Shown here: piece by piece, positions 52,551 to 61,336 of the stretch
How the letters are laid out: every line of letters starts with the position of its first letter
Position numbering within the stretch: the stretch's first letter is position 1
Assembly (NCBI GenBank): GCA_036389155.1
Contig: DASVQN010000043.1
Span: 49,209 to 113,208, forward strand
DNA: 64,000 nt
DNA from: Solirubrobacteraceae bacterium
GTDB taxonomy: Bacteria > Actinomycetota > Thermoleophilia > Solirubrobacterales > Solirubrobacteraceae
Direction of reading: 5' to 3'
The notes under the pieces: generated by a model
Seen by the model: the letters and a program-made list of their open reading frames with translations, nothing else
The model's database searches: none
Told to the model about the DNA's origin: nothing
Made by a program: the position numbers and the translations under genes

Positions 52551-54479
52551 ATGTCCCACATACGCAAGACGATCGTCCTGGGCGTCCTCGCGGCGCTCGT
52601 CGCGTCGGCGCCGGCCGCCGAGGCCGCGCGCGACCGCAAGCCCCCTCGCATCGTCGCGGCGTCGCTCGTCGACGCCGACGGCGACGCACGCGCCGACCGC
52701 GTGCAGCTCACGTACTCCGAGCGCGTCCGGCACGCCCGCGATGCCGACCGCCGCTACCCGTTCAGCGTGGCCGGCTACAACGTCCGCGCGGTCGCCTCGG
52801 CGCGCCGGCGCGGCGTCGTCCTCAGGCTGGCCGAGCACGCGCAGCCGGATCTGACCGCCCGGCCCACGATCGTCTACCGGCGCACCCGGTCCAAGCCGGT
52901 CCGCGACCGGTCGCGCAACCAGGCGGCCGCCCAGACCTTCCGGCTCACCCAACCACACGGTCCCAACATCGGCGGCGGCGGCGGCGGCACGCTCGGCGGC
53001 GGGCCCGGCGACGGCTCCGGCGGACGCGACGATCCACTGGTCGTCACGCCGGCCTGCGCGCTCGGCGTCAAGCCGGGGGTGGCCGACAAGCCGGACCTCA
53101 AGTTCACCGACTCCAACTGCGACGGGATCGACGGCACCGTCACCCGCGCGGTGTTCGCGTCGCCGCTGGGCGACGACGGCAACCCGGGCACCCGGCTGGC
53201 GCCGAAGCGCGAGATCAACACGGCGGTCGCCGTCGCGGCGCTCACCGGCAAGGACGTGCTGGCGGCGGCCGGGTCCTACCAGCGCGTCGTCGACGCGAAG
53301 GACGTCGGCATCTACGGTGGCTACGACCCGCGCAGCTGGGCGCGCTCGGCCGCGGCGAGGACGTCGATCCTGGGAGCCGGCGAGGGGATCTTCGCCGAGC
53401 GGGCGACGGGCGTCGTCCTCGAGCTGCTCAGCGTCCACGGCGTGAACACCAACGTCGGCGGGCGCGGGCCCGCGAGCCTCTACGGGATCCGCGCGCTCGA
53501 CGGCTCGACCCTTACGCTGCGCCGCGTCACGGCGGACGCCGGGAAGGGACTCGACGGCGACGACGGGCCGCGCGGCGCGGGCGGCCTGCCCGGCGGGAAC
53601 GGCGACGACGGCGGCCCCGGGCAGTGCGGCGGATCCAAGCGCGGAACCGGCGGCGCCGGCGGCGAGAGCCCCTCCGGGCACGTCGGCGGCGCGGGCGGCC
53701 GTGGCGGCGGGGACTACTTCAACATCCCCGGCCGCGGCGATCCCGGCCTGCCCGGCTCGTTCGGCAGCACCGGCGGCAAGGAGGGCTACTCCGGCGACCC
53801 CGGGCACGACGGCCAGGACGGCGGCCCCGGGCCCGGAGCCCCGGCCGGAGGCGTCAACGGCGTCGGCGGGTCCAACCTGCTCGCGCCCGCCGGCCCGGCG
53901 TGGATCGGGACCGACGGGACCGACGGGTCCGACGGCCTGCCCGGCAACGGCGGCGGAGGCGGCGGCGGAGGCGGAGGCCAGGCCTGCACCTTCTGCAACA
54001 ACGGCGCCGGCGACGGCGGCGGTGGAGGCGGAGCCGGCGGCGAGGGCGGGCACCGTGGCACGCGCGGCCGGGCCGGCGGCGGGTCGTTCGGCCTGTACCT
54101 CCACGGCTCCACCGCAACCGTGTCCGACGGCAGCTCGATCGCCGCCGGCGACGGCGGCAAGGGCGGCGCCGGCGGGAACGGCGGCCCCGGCGGGACCGGC
54201 GGCATCGGCGGTGCCGGCTCGACCTACTGCAAGAGCGAGATCGGCGAGGGCGGCAACGGCGGGCCCGGTGCCTCCGGCAGCGGCGGCGGCGCGGGCGGCG
54301 GCGGTGCCGGCGGCCCGAGCGTCGGGATCCTCCAGGCCGCCTCGTCGAAGGTGACCGTGGCTGCGGGCTCGACCGTGGCCACCGGCGCCCCCGGAGCGGG
54401 CGGCGGCGGCAGCGTCTCGGGCTCCGACGAGCCGGGTGCCCCGGGCGCGCCCGGGATCGCCCAGGTGATCTACCCGTAG
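52551..54479 (+). CDS. secreted Gly-rich protein (Ig-like N-domain, beta-helix-like middle, PGRS/collagen-like Gly-rich C-half)
   Basis: AAGGAG Shine-Dalgarno sequence before the ATG at 52551. Signal peptide MSHIRKTIVLGVLAALVASAPAAEA. It contains long GGxGGxG stretches and short Gly-X-Y runs (GDPGLPGSFGST...GYSGDPGHDGQDGGPGPGAPA). Confidence 0.75.
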   Translation: MSHIRKTIVLGVLAALVASAPAAEAARDRKPPRIVAASLVDADGDARADRVQLTYSERVRHARDADRRYPFSVAGYNVRAVASARRRGVVLRLAEHAQPDLTARPTIVYRRTRSKPVRDRSRNQAAAQTFRLTQPHGPNIGGGGGGTLGGGPGDGSGGRDDPLVVTPACALGVKPGVADKPDLKFTDSNCDGIDGTVTRAVFASPLGDDGNPGTRLAPKREINTAVAVAALTGKDVLAAAGSYQRVVDAKDVGIYGGYDPRSWARSAAARTSILGAGEGIFAERATGVVLELLSVHGVNTNVGGRGPASLYGIRALDGSTLTLRRVTADAGKGLDGDDGPRGAGGLPGGNGDDGGPGQCGGSKRGTGGAGGESPSGHVGGAGGRGGGDYFNIPGRGDPGLPGSFGSTGGKEGYSGDPGHDGQDGGPGPGAPAGGVNGVGGSNLLAPAGPAWIGTDGTDGSDGLPGNGGGGGGGGGGQACTFCNNGAGDGGGGGGAGGEGGHRGTRGRAGGGSFGLYLHGSTATVSDGSSIAAGDGGKGGAGGNGGPGGTGGIGGAGSTYCKSEIGEGGNGGPGASGSGGGAGGGGAGGPSVGILQAASSKVTVAAGSTVATGAPGAGGGGSVSGSDEPGAPGAPGIAQVIYP

Positions 54480-54486
54480 GGCGGGT

Positions 54487-54518
54487 GCGGGCGCCCCGGC
54501 TGCGGCCGGGGCGCCCGC
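54487..54518. terminator. very strong bidirectional hairpin between convergent genes
   Basis: GCGGGCGCCCCGGC-tgcg-GCCGGGGCGCCCGC, a 14-bp perfect stem. Confidence 0.65.
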
Positions 54519-54525
54519 GGCGCTC

Positions 54526-55125
54526 TCACTCCTCGGCGTCGTCCGCGAGCAGGCGGTACATCGCCTTGCGGGCGTCGTCGAGGATCTGCCGGGCGCCGGC
54601 GATGAGGCGCTCGTTGCCGGTCTGGGCGACCTGCATGCTCGCCATCCCGAGCTGGCCCGCGCTGCGGCGCAGCTCCTGCAGGCCCTCGGGCATGCCCTGC
54701 GTCGCGGCGTCCCACGGCACGCCGAGGCGCTCGCGGTTCTCCGCGACGTACTCGCGGCCCGCGTCGGTCAGCGCGAACGCCTTGCCCTGCTCGCCCTCGG
54801 CGGGGGCGACGAGCCCCTCGTCCTCGAGCTGGGCGAGCGCCGGGTAGATGGAGCCCGGGCTCGGGCGCCACGCGCCCGAGCTGCGCTCCTCGACCTCCTG
54901 CATGACGCCGTAGCCGTTGCGCGGCTGCTCGTCGAGCAGCAGCAGGATCGCGGCGCGGACGTCTCCGCGCGAGCGCCGCCCGCGCCGGTGCGGCCCGCCG
55001 CGGCCGGGGCCGTGGCCGGGGCCGAACCCGCCCCAGCCCCAAGGGTCGCGGTGACCGGCCATGGCGAGCACCGCGGGCGATCCGTGCGGTGTGCGGCCGA
55101 AGCCGCAGTGTCGTGCGTGTCGCAT
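54526..55125 (-). CDS. PadR family transcriptional regulator
   Basis: An ATG at 55125 is preceded by AAGGAGGAG. The wHTH reads LLLLDEQPRNGYGVMQEVEERS...WRPSPGSIYPALAQLEDEGLV. Confidence 0.85.
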   Translation of the reverse strand: MRHARHCGFGRTPHGSPAVLAMAGHRDPWGWGGFGPGHGPGRGGPHRRGRRSRGDVRAAILLLLDEQPRNGYGVMQEVEERSSGAWRPSPGSIYPALAQLEDEGLVAPAEGEQGKAFALTDAGREYVAENRERLGVPWDAATQGMPEGLQELRRSAGQLGMASMQVAQTGNERLIAGARQILDDARKAMYRLLADDAEE

Positions 55126-55159
55126 CTCTCCTCCTTCGTGTGGATGCGGAGAAGACTAT

Positions 55160-55173
55160 AGCGATATATCGCT
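55160..55173. promoter_or_regulatory. perfect 14-bp AT-rich palindrome AGCGATATATCGCT, candidate PadR operator
   Basis: It is located 35-48 nt upstream of the PadR start codon and stands out in an otherwise GC-saturated context. Confidence 0.45.
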
Positions 55174-55198
55174 GACCTTCGGGAAGGGCCCAAGCCTT

Positions 55199-55450
55199 CT
55201 ACAGACGCTGAGGGCGCGGCAGCCCGAGGGCGAGGTGCGGCTCGGTCGTCGACGAGGGCGCGGCGGTCGTCGCGCCCTGGCGCGCAGCGTCGTCGGCGAA
55301 GCGCAGCTCGGCGCCGCACCGCGGGCACGACCCGAGCAGCCGCAGGCCCTCGGCCATCGCGGCGCTGTGCCACGCGAACCGGCACGCCGTGCACTCGACG
55401 GCCGGCCGGGCCCTCCTTGCTTCGTGCTCGCCGCGCGGGCGCTCATCCAT
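55199..55450 (-). CDS. possible small zinc-ribbon protein
   Basis: CTACRF...(17 aa)...CPRCGAELRF forms a CxxC/CxxC pair with high GC3. The ATG at 55450 has GAGGG 9 nt upstream, and an alternative ATG lies at 55459. Confidence 0.4.
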   Translation of the reverse strand: MDERPRGEHEARRARPAVECTACRFAWHSAAMAEGLRLLGSCPRCGAELRFADDAARQGATTAAPSSTTEPHLALGLPRPQRL

Positions 55451-55609
55451 GGCGCTCATCCCTCAACGGCGTTCCCCGCAGCGACCGGCGGGCGAAACAT
55501 GCGCTTCGCCGCGGGTGGCCACTCGTTCGACCGCCGGGCAACGCAGGCGCCCTGTTCGACCTCGGACATCGGGACGCTGGAGATCCCGGGACGGGGTAGC
55601 GCGGCGGCC

Positions 55610-56602
55610 ATGAAGCTCGGGGTGGTCGTCGTCCACTACCGGTTCTGGCCGGACATCGAGGCCACGCTCGACGCGCTCTGGGCGTCGACCCTGCGGCCGG
55701 ACGCCGTGCTCGTCGTCGACGACTGCTCGCCGGACGGCTCCGCGGAGGAGCTGCGCCGCGCGCGGCCCGACGTGGACGTGATCGTCGCGCCGGAGAACCG
55801 CGGCGTGATCGCGAACTTCGACGCGGGCCTGGAGGAGCTGCGGCGGCGCGGCATGGACGCGATCCTCATGCTGACGCACGAGACGGTGCTCGAGCCCGAC
55901 GCGCTCGAGCTCCTCGCGGCGCGGCTGGACTCGTCGCCGTCGACCGGCGCGGTCGGGCCGCTCCTCGGCTTTTCCTCCCGTCCCGACACCGTCTTCTCGG
56001 CGGGCGGGCAGCTGCTGGCGGGCACGTGGCAGAACCCGCACGCCGGCATGTACGAGCCCTTGGCCGAGTGGCGCGGCACGGGTTTGCGGCGGGTCCCGTG
56101 GCTCGACGGCGCGTGCGTCCTCGTCCGGACGGCAGCGATGGCGGACGTCGGCCGCCTCCCCACCCGGTACTTCCACTACTACGACGACGTGGAGCTCGGC
56201 GTCAGGCTGAACCAGGCGGGCTGGCGGGTCGAGTGCGTGACCGGCGCGGTGGCGCGGCAGGAGCCGGGCCTCCTCTCCGAGTACTACCGCGTGCGCAACC
56301 GTCTCGGCTTCCTCCACGCGACCGCCCCGCGCCGCGTCCTCCTGCGCGCGATCGGCTGCCACCTGCGCCGGGCGGCGCTGGACGTGCGCGGCACCGAGGA
56401 CGGGCGGAGCCTCGCGCTCGCGCAGCTGCGGGGGATCCGGGACTTCGCGCTGGGCCGCTGGGGCCGCGCGCCGAAGTCATACCTCGCCGCCCAGCGGCGC
56501 GACTACGCGACGGGCGGCGCGCTCGAAGGTCCCATCGTGCCGTCGTGGTCGCTGCCCGAGACGCCGCGGCAGACGCCGCCGCTCGCGACCGCTCGCGGCT
56601 AG
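55610..56602 (+). CDS. glycosyltransferase family 2
   Basis: An ATG at 55610 gives MKLGVVVVHYRFWPD...VVDDCSPDGS...ENRGV, with a later DDVELG motif. The upstream 183 codons of ORF 55061..56602 are junk. Confidence 0.85.
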   Translation: MKLGVVVVHYRFWPDIEATLDALWASTLRPDAVLVVDDCSPDGSAEELRRARPDVDVIVAPENRGVIANFDAGLEELRRRGMDAILMLTHETVLEPDALELLAARLDSSPSTGAVGPLLGFSSRPDTVFSAGGQLLAGTWQNPHAGMYEPLAEWRGTGLRRVPWLDGACVLVRTAAMADVGRLPTRYFHYYDDVELGVRLNQAGWRVECVTGAVARQEPGLLSEYYRVRNRLGFLHATAPRRVLLRAIGCHLRRAALDVRGTEDGRSLALAQLRGIRDFALGRWGRAPKSYLAAQRRDYATGGALEGPIVPSWSLPETPRQTPPLATARG

Positions 56603-57312
56603 CAGAAGTGGTCCCCGCCTGAGCTGAACGGGCTGCGCGCCTGGCAGCCGCCGAGGTTGCTGCGGACGATGACGTCGCCGGCCGACACCGCGACCTTCGC
56701 CTGGCCGCTCCACCGCCCGCCGCCGTCGTTGCGCATCGGCACGTTGACGCCGTTGAAGCTCGCGGTCAGCACCGCGCTGGCGGTGTCCGTGGTCGCCTCG
56801 AACTTGAGGTCGCCGCTCGGGGACAGCTCCGCCTTCGGGATCCGGATGAGGTCGGTGTCCGCGAAGGGCACGAGGTAGAACCGGCCGGTGGCCCCGCTCG
56901 TCGAGGTGTAGGCCTGCACGCCGACGGCGAAGGTGCGGCCGTCCATCCCCGTTCCGCCCTGGATCGGGAAGGTGACGGACGAGGCCGGGGGCGTGATCGT
57001 GACGGAGTCCGGCGTCGTCGCGAGCACCGGGCTGTTGTTGGAGTCGTTCGCGATCGAGACCGTGAACGGCGCGTCCGGCACGCGGCTGAGCCGCACGGTC
57101 CCGGTTGCGGTCGTGTTGTACGCGACCTTGGTCGGCGCGATCGACACGCTGCTGACGGTGACGGCGCCGGTCGTCGTGGTGGGTGTGGTCGTCGTCGACC
57201 CGCCCCCGCTGCCGCTGCCGCCGCCGCCGCGGGCGAGCGCGGTTGCCGAGAGCGCGCACGCGAGCGCGATGGTGACGGAGAGCAGCGAGACGATCCGGGC
57301 GGTCTTCTTCAT
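56599..57312 (-). CDS. secreted hypothetical protein with Gly/Thr-rich linker
   Basis: An ATG at 57312 gives the signal peptide MKKTARIVSLLSVTIALACALSATALA. GGGGSGSGGGSTTTTPTTTT follows, and the remainder has beta-rich composition. Confidence 0.6.
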   Translation of the reverse strand: MKKTARIVSLLSVTIALACALSATALARGGGGSGSGGGSTTTTPTTTTGAVTVSSVSIAPTKVAYNTTATGTVRLSRVPDAPFTVSIANDSNNSPVLATTPDSVTITPPASSVTFPIQGGTGMDGRTFAVGVQAYTSTSGATGRFYLVPFADTDLIRIPKAELSPSGDLKFEATTDTASAVLTASFNGVNVPMRNDGGGRWSGQAKVAVSAGDVIVRSNLGGCQARSPFSSGGDHFC

Positions 57313-57466
57313 GGGCCGCACCCTCGCGCGCGCACCCGCCCACCGCAATGGGACCTTGGTCCTACGACCTCCCGACGGGCCGCGACCACGGGCGGCGATA
57401 CAGCGACCTGCTCCGAGCTTCGATCGAGCGTTCTTCAGCGCAAAGTCGAGCTACCGTGCGGGGGGA

Positions 57467-59668
57467 ATGCGGATGGCGCGCCTCCCCCTCGTCGCGGTCG
57501 TCTTGGCCCTCTGCTGCGCGCCCACCGCCGCGGCGCGCGGCGCGCGGCCGGCGGAGCCGCCGACCGCATCACCCGGGAACCGGTCCTTCGCCGGCCAGCT
57601 CGTCGTGCGGTTCCGGCCCGGCGCCCGAGCCGACGCCCGGCGCGCCCTGCGCGCCCGCGCCGGCGCCCGCGGGCGCCGCGCGCTGTCGCTGCCCGGCCTC
57701 GAGCTGCTGGAGCTCGAGCCCGGGCGCTCGGTCCCCGCCGCGCGGGCCGCGCTCGCGTCGTCGCCGGACGTCCTCTACGCCGAACCGAACTTCCGCCTCA
57801 CCCCCGACGCCGTGCCGAACGACCCGCTGTGGCGCGACCAGTGGGACATGCACCGCATCGGCGCCGACCGCGCGTGGGACATCAGCCCCGGCAGCCGCGA
57901 CGTCGTGGCGGCCGTCTTCGACTCGGGCGTCGAGATCCGCCACCCCGACCTGCAGGGCAACCTCTGGACGAACGCCGGCGAGACCGGAGGCGGCCGCGAG
58001 GACAACGGGGTCGACGACGACGGGAACGGCTACGTCGACGACTGGCGCGGGTGGAGCTTCGACGGCCCGACCGGGAGCAACGACCCCACCGACTACGGCG
58101 GTCACGGCACGAACGTCGCCGGCATCATCGGCGCCGTCGGCGACAACGGGATCGGTCTCGCCGGCGTCAGCCCTCGGGTGCGCATCATGCCGTTCAACGT
58201 GTGGGGCTGGGGCTCGGCGGGCGTGGCGGACGCGATCGCCTACGCCGACGCTCAGGGCGTGCGCGTCGCGAACGGCAGCTTCGGCATCCCGCGGTCGCAG
58301 GCGATCGAGGACGCCCTTGCCGCCGCCCCCGGCCTCCTGCTGTCGGTCTCGGCCGGCAACAACTCGTGGGACGTCGAGCGCAACCAGGACGAGCGCTACC
58401 CGTGCGTCTCGAAGCTGCCGAACGTCATCTGCGTCGCCGCGACCGACAGCGGCGACAGCCTCGCGGGCTTCTCGAACTGGGGAGCCGAGTCCGTCGATCT
58501 CGCGGCCCCGGGCGACGACATGCCCTCGATCGGGCTCCCGCGCCACGACGTGCTGCGCGAGGAGTTCGAGGCTGACCTTGGCGGGCGCTGGACGACGGGC
58601 GGCACGGGCCGGGCGTGGGGGCGCGAGGGCCCGTCGGCGGAGTGGCCGCAGCAGTGGACGACGTGGCTGCTCGACTCGCCGGGGACGCCCTACGACAACG
58701 ACTCCGACAGCTGGATCGCCACGGCGGAGCCGGTCAGCCTCGTCGACCACGAGGGCTGCCTGCTGAGCTACTGGCTGCACCGCGAGCTCGCAGCGGGCGA
58801 CGTGCTGAAGGTGGAGGTGTCGAGCGAGGGCGGCGCGTGGGCCGAGCTGGCGCAGTACACGGGGACCGAGAACATCGCCGTGGGCGACCACCCGCTCACG
58901 GACTACGAGGGGCGGCCCGGGCTGAAGGTGCGCTTCCGGCTGGTGAGCGACGCCGCCGGCCAGGCGGCGGGGGTCGCGGTCGACAGCGTGCGGGTGTGGT
59001 GCCGCCGCCCGCCGTTCCGCGGCGACGAGTACCCGCACGTCGGCGGCACGTCGAACGCCGCCCCGCACGTCACCGGCACCGCGGCGCTGCTGCTCGCGCA
59101 GCGTCCGTGGCTGACCACCGCGCAGCTGCGCGCGGCGATCCTCGAGAGCGTCGCTCCGCAGCCCTCCCTCGCGGGCAGGACCGTCACCGGCGGGCGGCTG
59201 GACACGCTCCGGGCGCTGGGCGGGACGTGGCCGGTCGCGGCGGACCCGCCGGCGCCACCGGGCGACGCGCCACCGCGCGAGGCGCCGCTCCCCCTTCCGC
59301 CGCCCATGAGCCGCGACGTGCGCGCCCCCCGCTGCTCGCTGCGCACGGCGCGCCGCCCCGTCGTCACGCGCGGCCACGTAAGGGTCGCCGCGGTGTGCGA
59401 CGAGGCGTCTCGCCTCTCCGTCCGCCTCACGATCGCGGGCGCCTCCGCCGGGCGGAGCAGCGGCGCGCTCGCGGGCGCGGGCCGGCGCAGGCTGTCGATC
59501 GTGCTCTCGCGGCGGGCCCTGCGGAGCTTGGAGCGCCGGCACGTGCGGCGGGCGGTCGTGCGCCTGACCGCGGTCGACGCGGCCGGGAACCGCCGCTCGA
59601 CGCGCCGCCGGCTGACGCTGCGCCTCGGCCCACGTAAGACCCGCCGCGCTCGCGTCGCGAACGGGGGC
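57467..59668 (+). CDS. secreted subtilisin-family (S8) serine peptidase with inserted beta-sandwich-like domain and Arg-rich C-terminal extension; NO in-frame stop codon before folE
   Basis: Signal peptide MRMARLPLVAVVLALCCAPTAAA. Catalytic Asp AVFDSGV, His GHGTNVAG, Asn SAGNN and Ser GGTSNAAPHVTG. As sequenced, the frame continues uninterrupted into folE (ORF 56933..60277). Confidence 0.8.
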
Positions 59669-60277
59669 GTGACCCAGCCTCTGACCCATCTCCCCGTCCC
59701 GGCGGCCCGCGACCAGGCGGACGTCGACCTCCGCGCGGCCGAGCGCGCGGCCCACGACCTGCTGGCGGCGCTCGGCGTCGACCTCACCGACGAGAGCGTG
59801 CGCGACACGCCGGGCCGCATGGCGCGCATGTACGCCGAGCTGCTCACCCCGACGCAGTTCACGCCCACCACGTTCCCCAACGACGGCGGCTACGACGAGC
59901 TCGTCGTGGCGACGCAGATCCCGTTCCACTCGATGTGCGAGCACCACCTCCTCCCGTTCGCGGGCGTCGCGCACGTCGGCTACCTGCCGAGTGAGCGGAT
60001 CATCGGGCTGTCGAAGCTCGCCCGGGTCGTCGAGCTGTACGCGCGCAGCCTGCAGGTGCAGGAGCGCCTGACGACCCAGGTCGCGCGGTGGCTCGACGAC
60101 CATCTGCAGCCGAAGGGCGTCGGCGTCGTGATCGAGGCCGAGCACCTGTGCATGTCGCTGCGGGGCGTGCAGAAGCCGGGCGCGCGCACGGTGACCTCGG
60201 CCCTGCACGGCCTGGTCCGCGACGACCCGCGGACGCGGCAGGAGTTCCTCGCGCTGACCGGCGCGAGCCGCGCCTGA
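59669..60277 (+). CDS. folE: GTP cyclohydrolase I
   Basis: TPGRMARMYAELL, zinc/active-site motifs SMCEHHLLPF and IEAEHLCMSLRGV. The proposed GTG start at 59669 sits in a GTGA context. Confidence 0.8.
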   Translation: MTQPLTHLPVPAARDQADVDLRAAERAAHDLLAALGVDLTDESVRDTPGRMARMYAELLTPTQFTPTTFPNDGGYDELVVATQIPFHSMCEHHLLPFAGVAHVGYLPSERIIGLSKLARVVELYARSLQVQERLTTQVARWLDDHLQPKGVGVVIEAEHLCMSLRGVQKPGARTVTSALHGLVRDDPRTRQEFLALTGASRA

Positions 60278-60286
60278 CCCGGGCGG

Positions 60287-60661
60287 CTAGTGCGCGAGCG
60301 ACGCGCCGAGCCAGACGACGACCAGCGACACGGCGAAGATCGCGACGTCGAGCGCGCGCCGCTGGGGCGCGCGGATGTGCCACACCACGATCCCGCCGAG
60401 CACGCCGACGAGGACGAGCTTGGCGTGCAGCGTGGGGTCTGACCAGCGGTGGAAGTGCGCTGCCATGGCCGAGCCGGTCGCCGCCAGCACGACGATCGCG
60501 ACGACGCTGCCCCACGCGAACCGCCGCGCGAGCGCGCGCAGGACGTCGGGAGCGCGCTCGCGCGCGACCGGCACCACGACGGCGGCGAGGATCAGCTGGC
60601 CGCCCACGAAGAACGCGAGCGCCAGCAGGTGCAGGTAGCGGACGGCGAGCCAGAGGTCCAT
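60287..60661 (-). CDS. four-helix integral membrane protein (CopD-like/unknown)
   Basis: MDLWLAVRYLHLLALAFFVGGQLILAAVVVP..., with four hydrophobic segments. Confidence 0.65.
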   Translation of the reverse strand: MDLWLAVRYLHLLALAFFVGGQLILAAVVVPVARERAPDVLRALARRFAWGSVVAIVVLAATGSAMAAHFHRWSDPTLHAKLVLVGVLGGIVVWHIRAPQRRALDVAIFAVSLVVVWLGASLAH

Positions 60662-60767
60662 GGGCGGCCCCGGATCAGATCACGTCGCGGCGCGTGAGAG
60701 GCACCACGCCGGCGACGACGACGCAGGTGGACACGCCCCTCGGGCCGGCGGGTACGCGTACCAGCCG

Positions 60768-61241
60768 TCACGCCGGCGCGCAGTGCCCGGCGCGGCGGCG
60801 CAGCGCCCAGCCGCGCTGCTCGCGCGGGGCCTGCGCGGGCCGCGCCTCGACGCGGCGCACGGCCAGGCCGGTCGAGCGCCGCGCACGGTGCACGAGGTCG
60901 AGCGGGTTGCGCGCGAAGCGCCGCGGGCGCTCGAAGAGGAGGACCTCGCCGACGTCGCGGCCGTGCAGCGCGTCGCCGATGGCGCTCATGACGTCCGGGT
61001 CGCCGACGCCGGCGGCCTCGACGTCCAGCCCGGCGCGGGTCGTCAGCTCGACCAGCTTGTCGAGCTGACGCTGCGCGCACGGAACGCTGACCGCCGGGTC
61101 GCCGGCCCAGTCGAGGCCGTGCAGCCACGCGGGGACCACGATGGTGAACGCCGCGGGCTCGCCGGCCGCGCGACGCCGCAGCGCGGCGGCGACGGCGTAG
61201 GGGTCGACGCTCCAGTCGGCGACGACGAGGACTCCGTGCAT
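60768..61241 (-). CDS. hypothetical protein (USP/adenine-nucleotide-alpha-hydrolase-like composition)
   Basis: An ATG at 61241 follows GGAG 7 nt upstream. The sequence reads MHGVLVVADWSVDPYAVAAALRRRAAGEPAAFTIVVPAW.... The fold call is weak. Confidence 0.5.
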   Translation of the reverse strand: MHGVLVVADWSVDPYAVAAALRRRAAGEPAAFTIVVPAWLHGLDWAGDPAVSVPCAQRQLDKLVELTTRAGLDVEAAGVGDPDVMSAIGDALHGRDVGEVLLFERPRRFARNPLDLVHRARRSTGLAVRRVEARPAQAPREQRGWALRRRAGHCAPA

Positions 61242-61336
61242 GGTGCTCTCCAATCCTTTGGTCCACCGGTGCGCGACCGCGGCGTCGCGGTTCTTACCCG
61301 GGTAAGGACGAGCCGCCGCGCGGCGCCAAGACGGAC

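Noticed and set aside
50513-54847. A 1444-aa plus-strand ORF.
   Set aside because: It is out of frame or antisense relative to the phosphoesterase and Gly-rich protein genes. It is Arg/Gly/Pro junk.
55061-55609. The N-terminal extension of the GT2 ORF.
   Set aside because: The composition is junk and it overlaps PadR and the zinc-ribbon ORF on the other strand. The GT2 fold starts at MKLGVVVVHY (55610).
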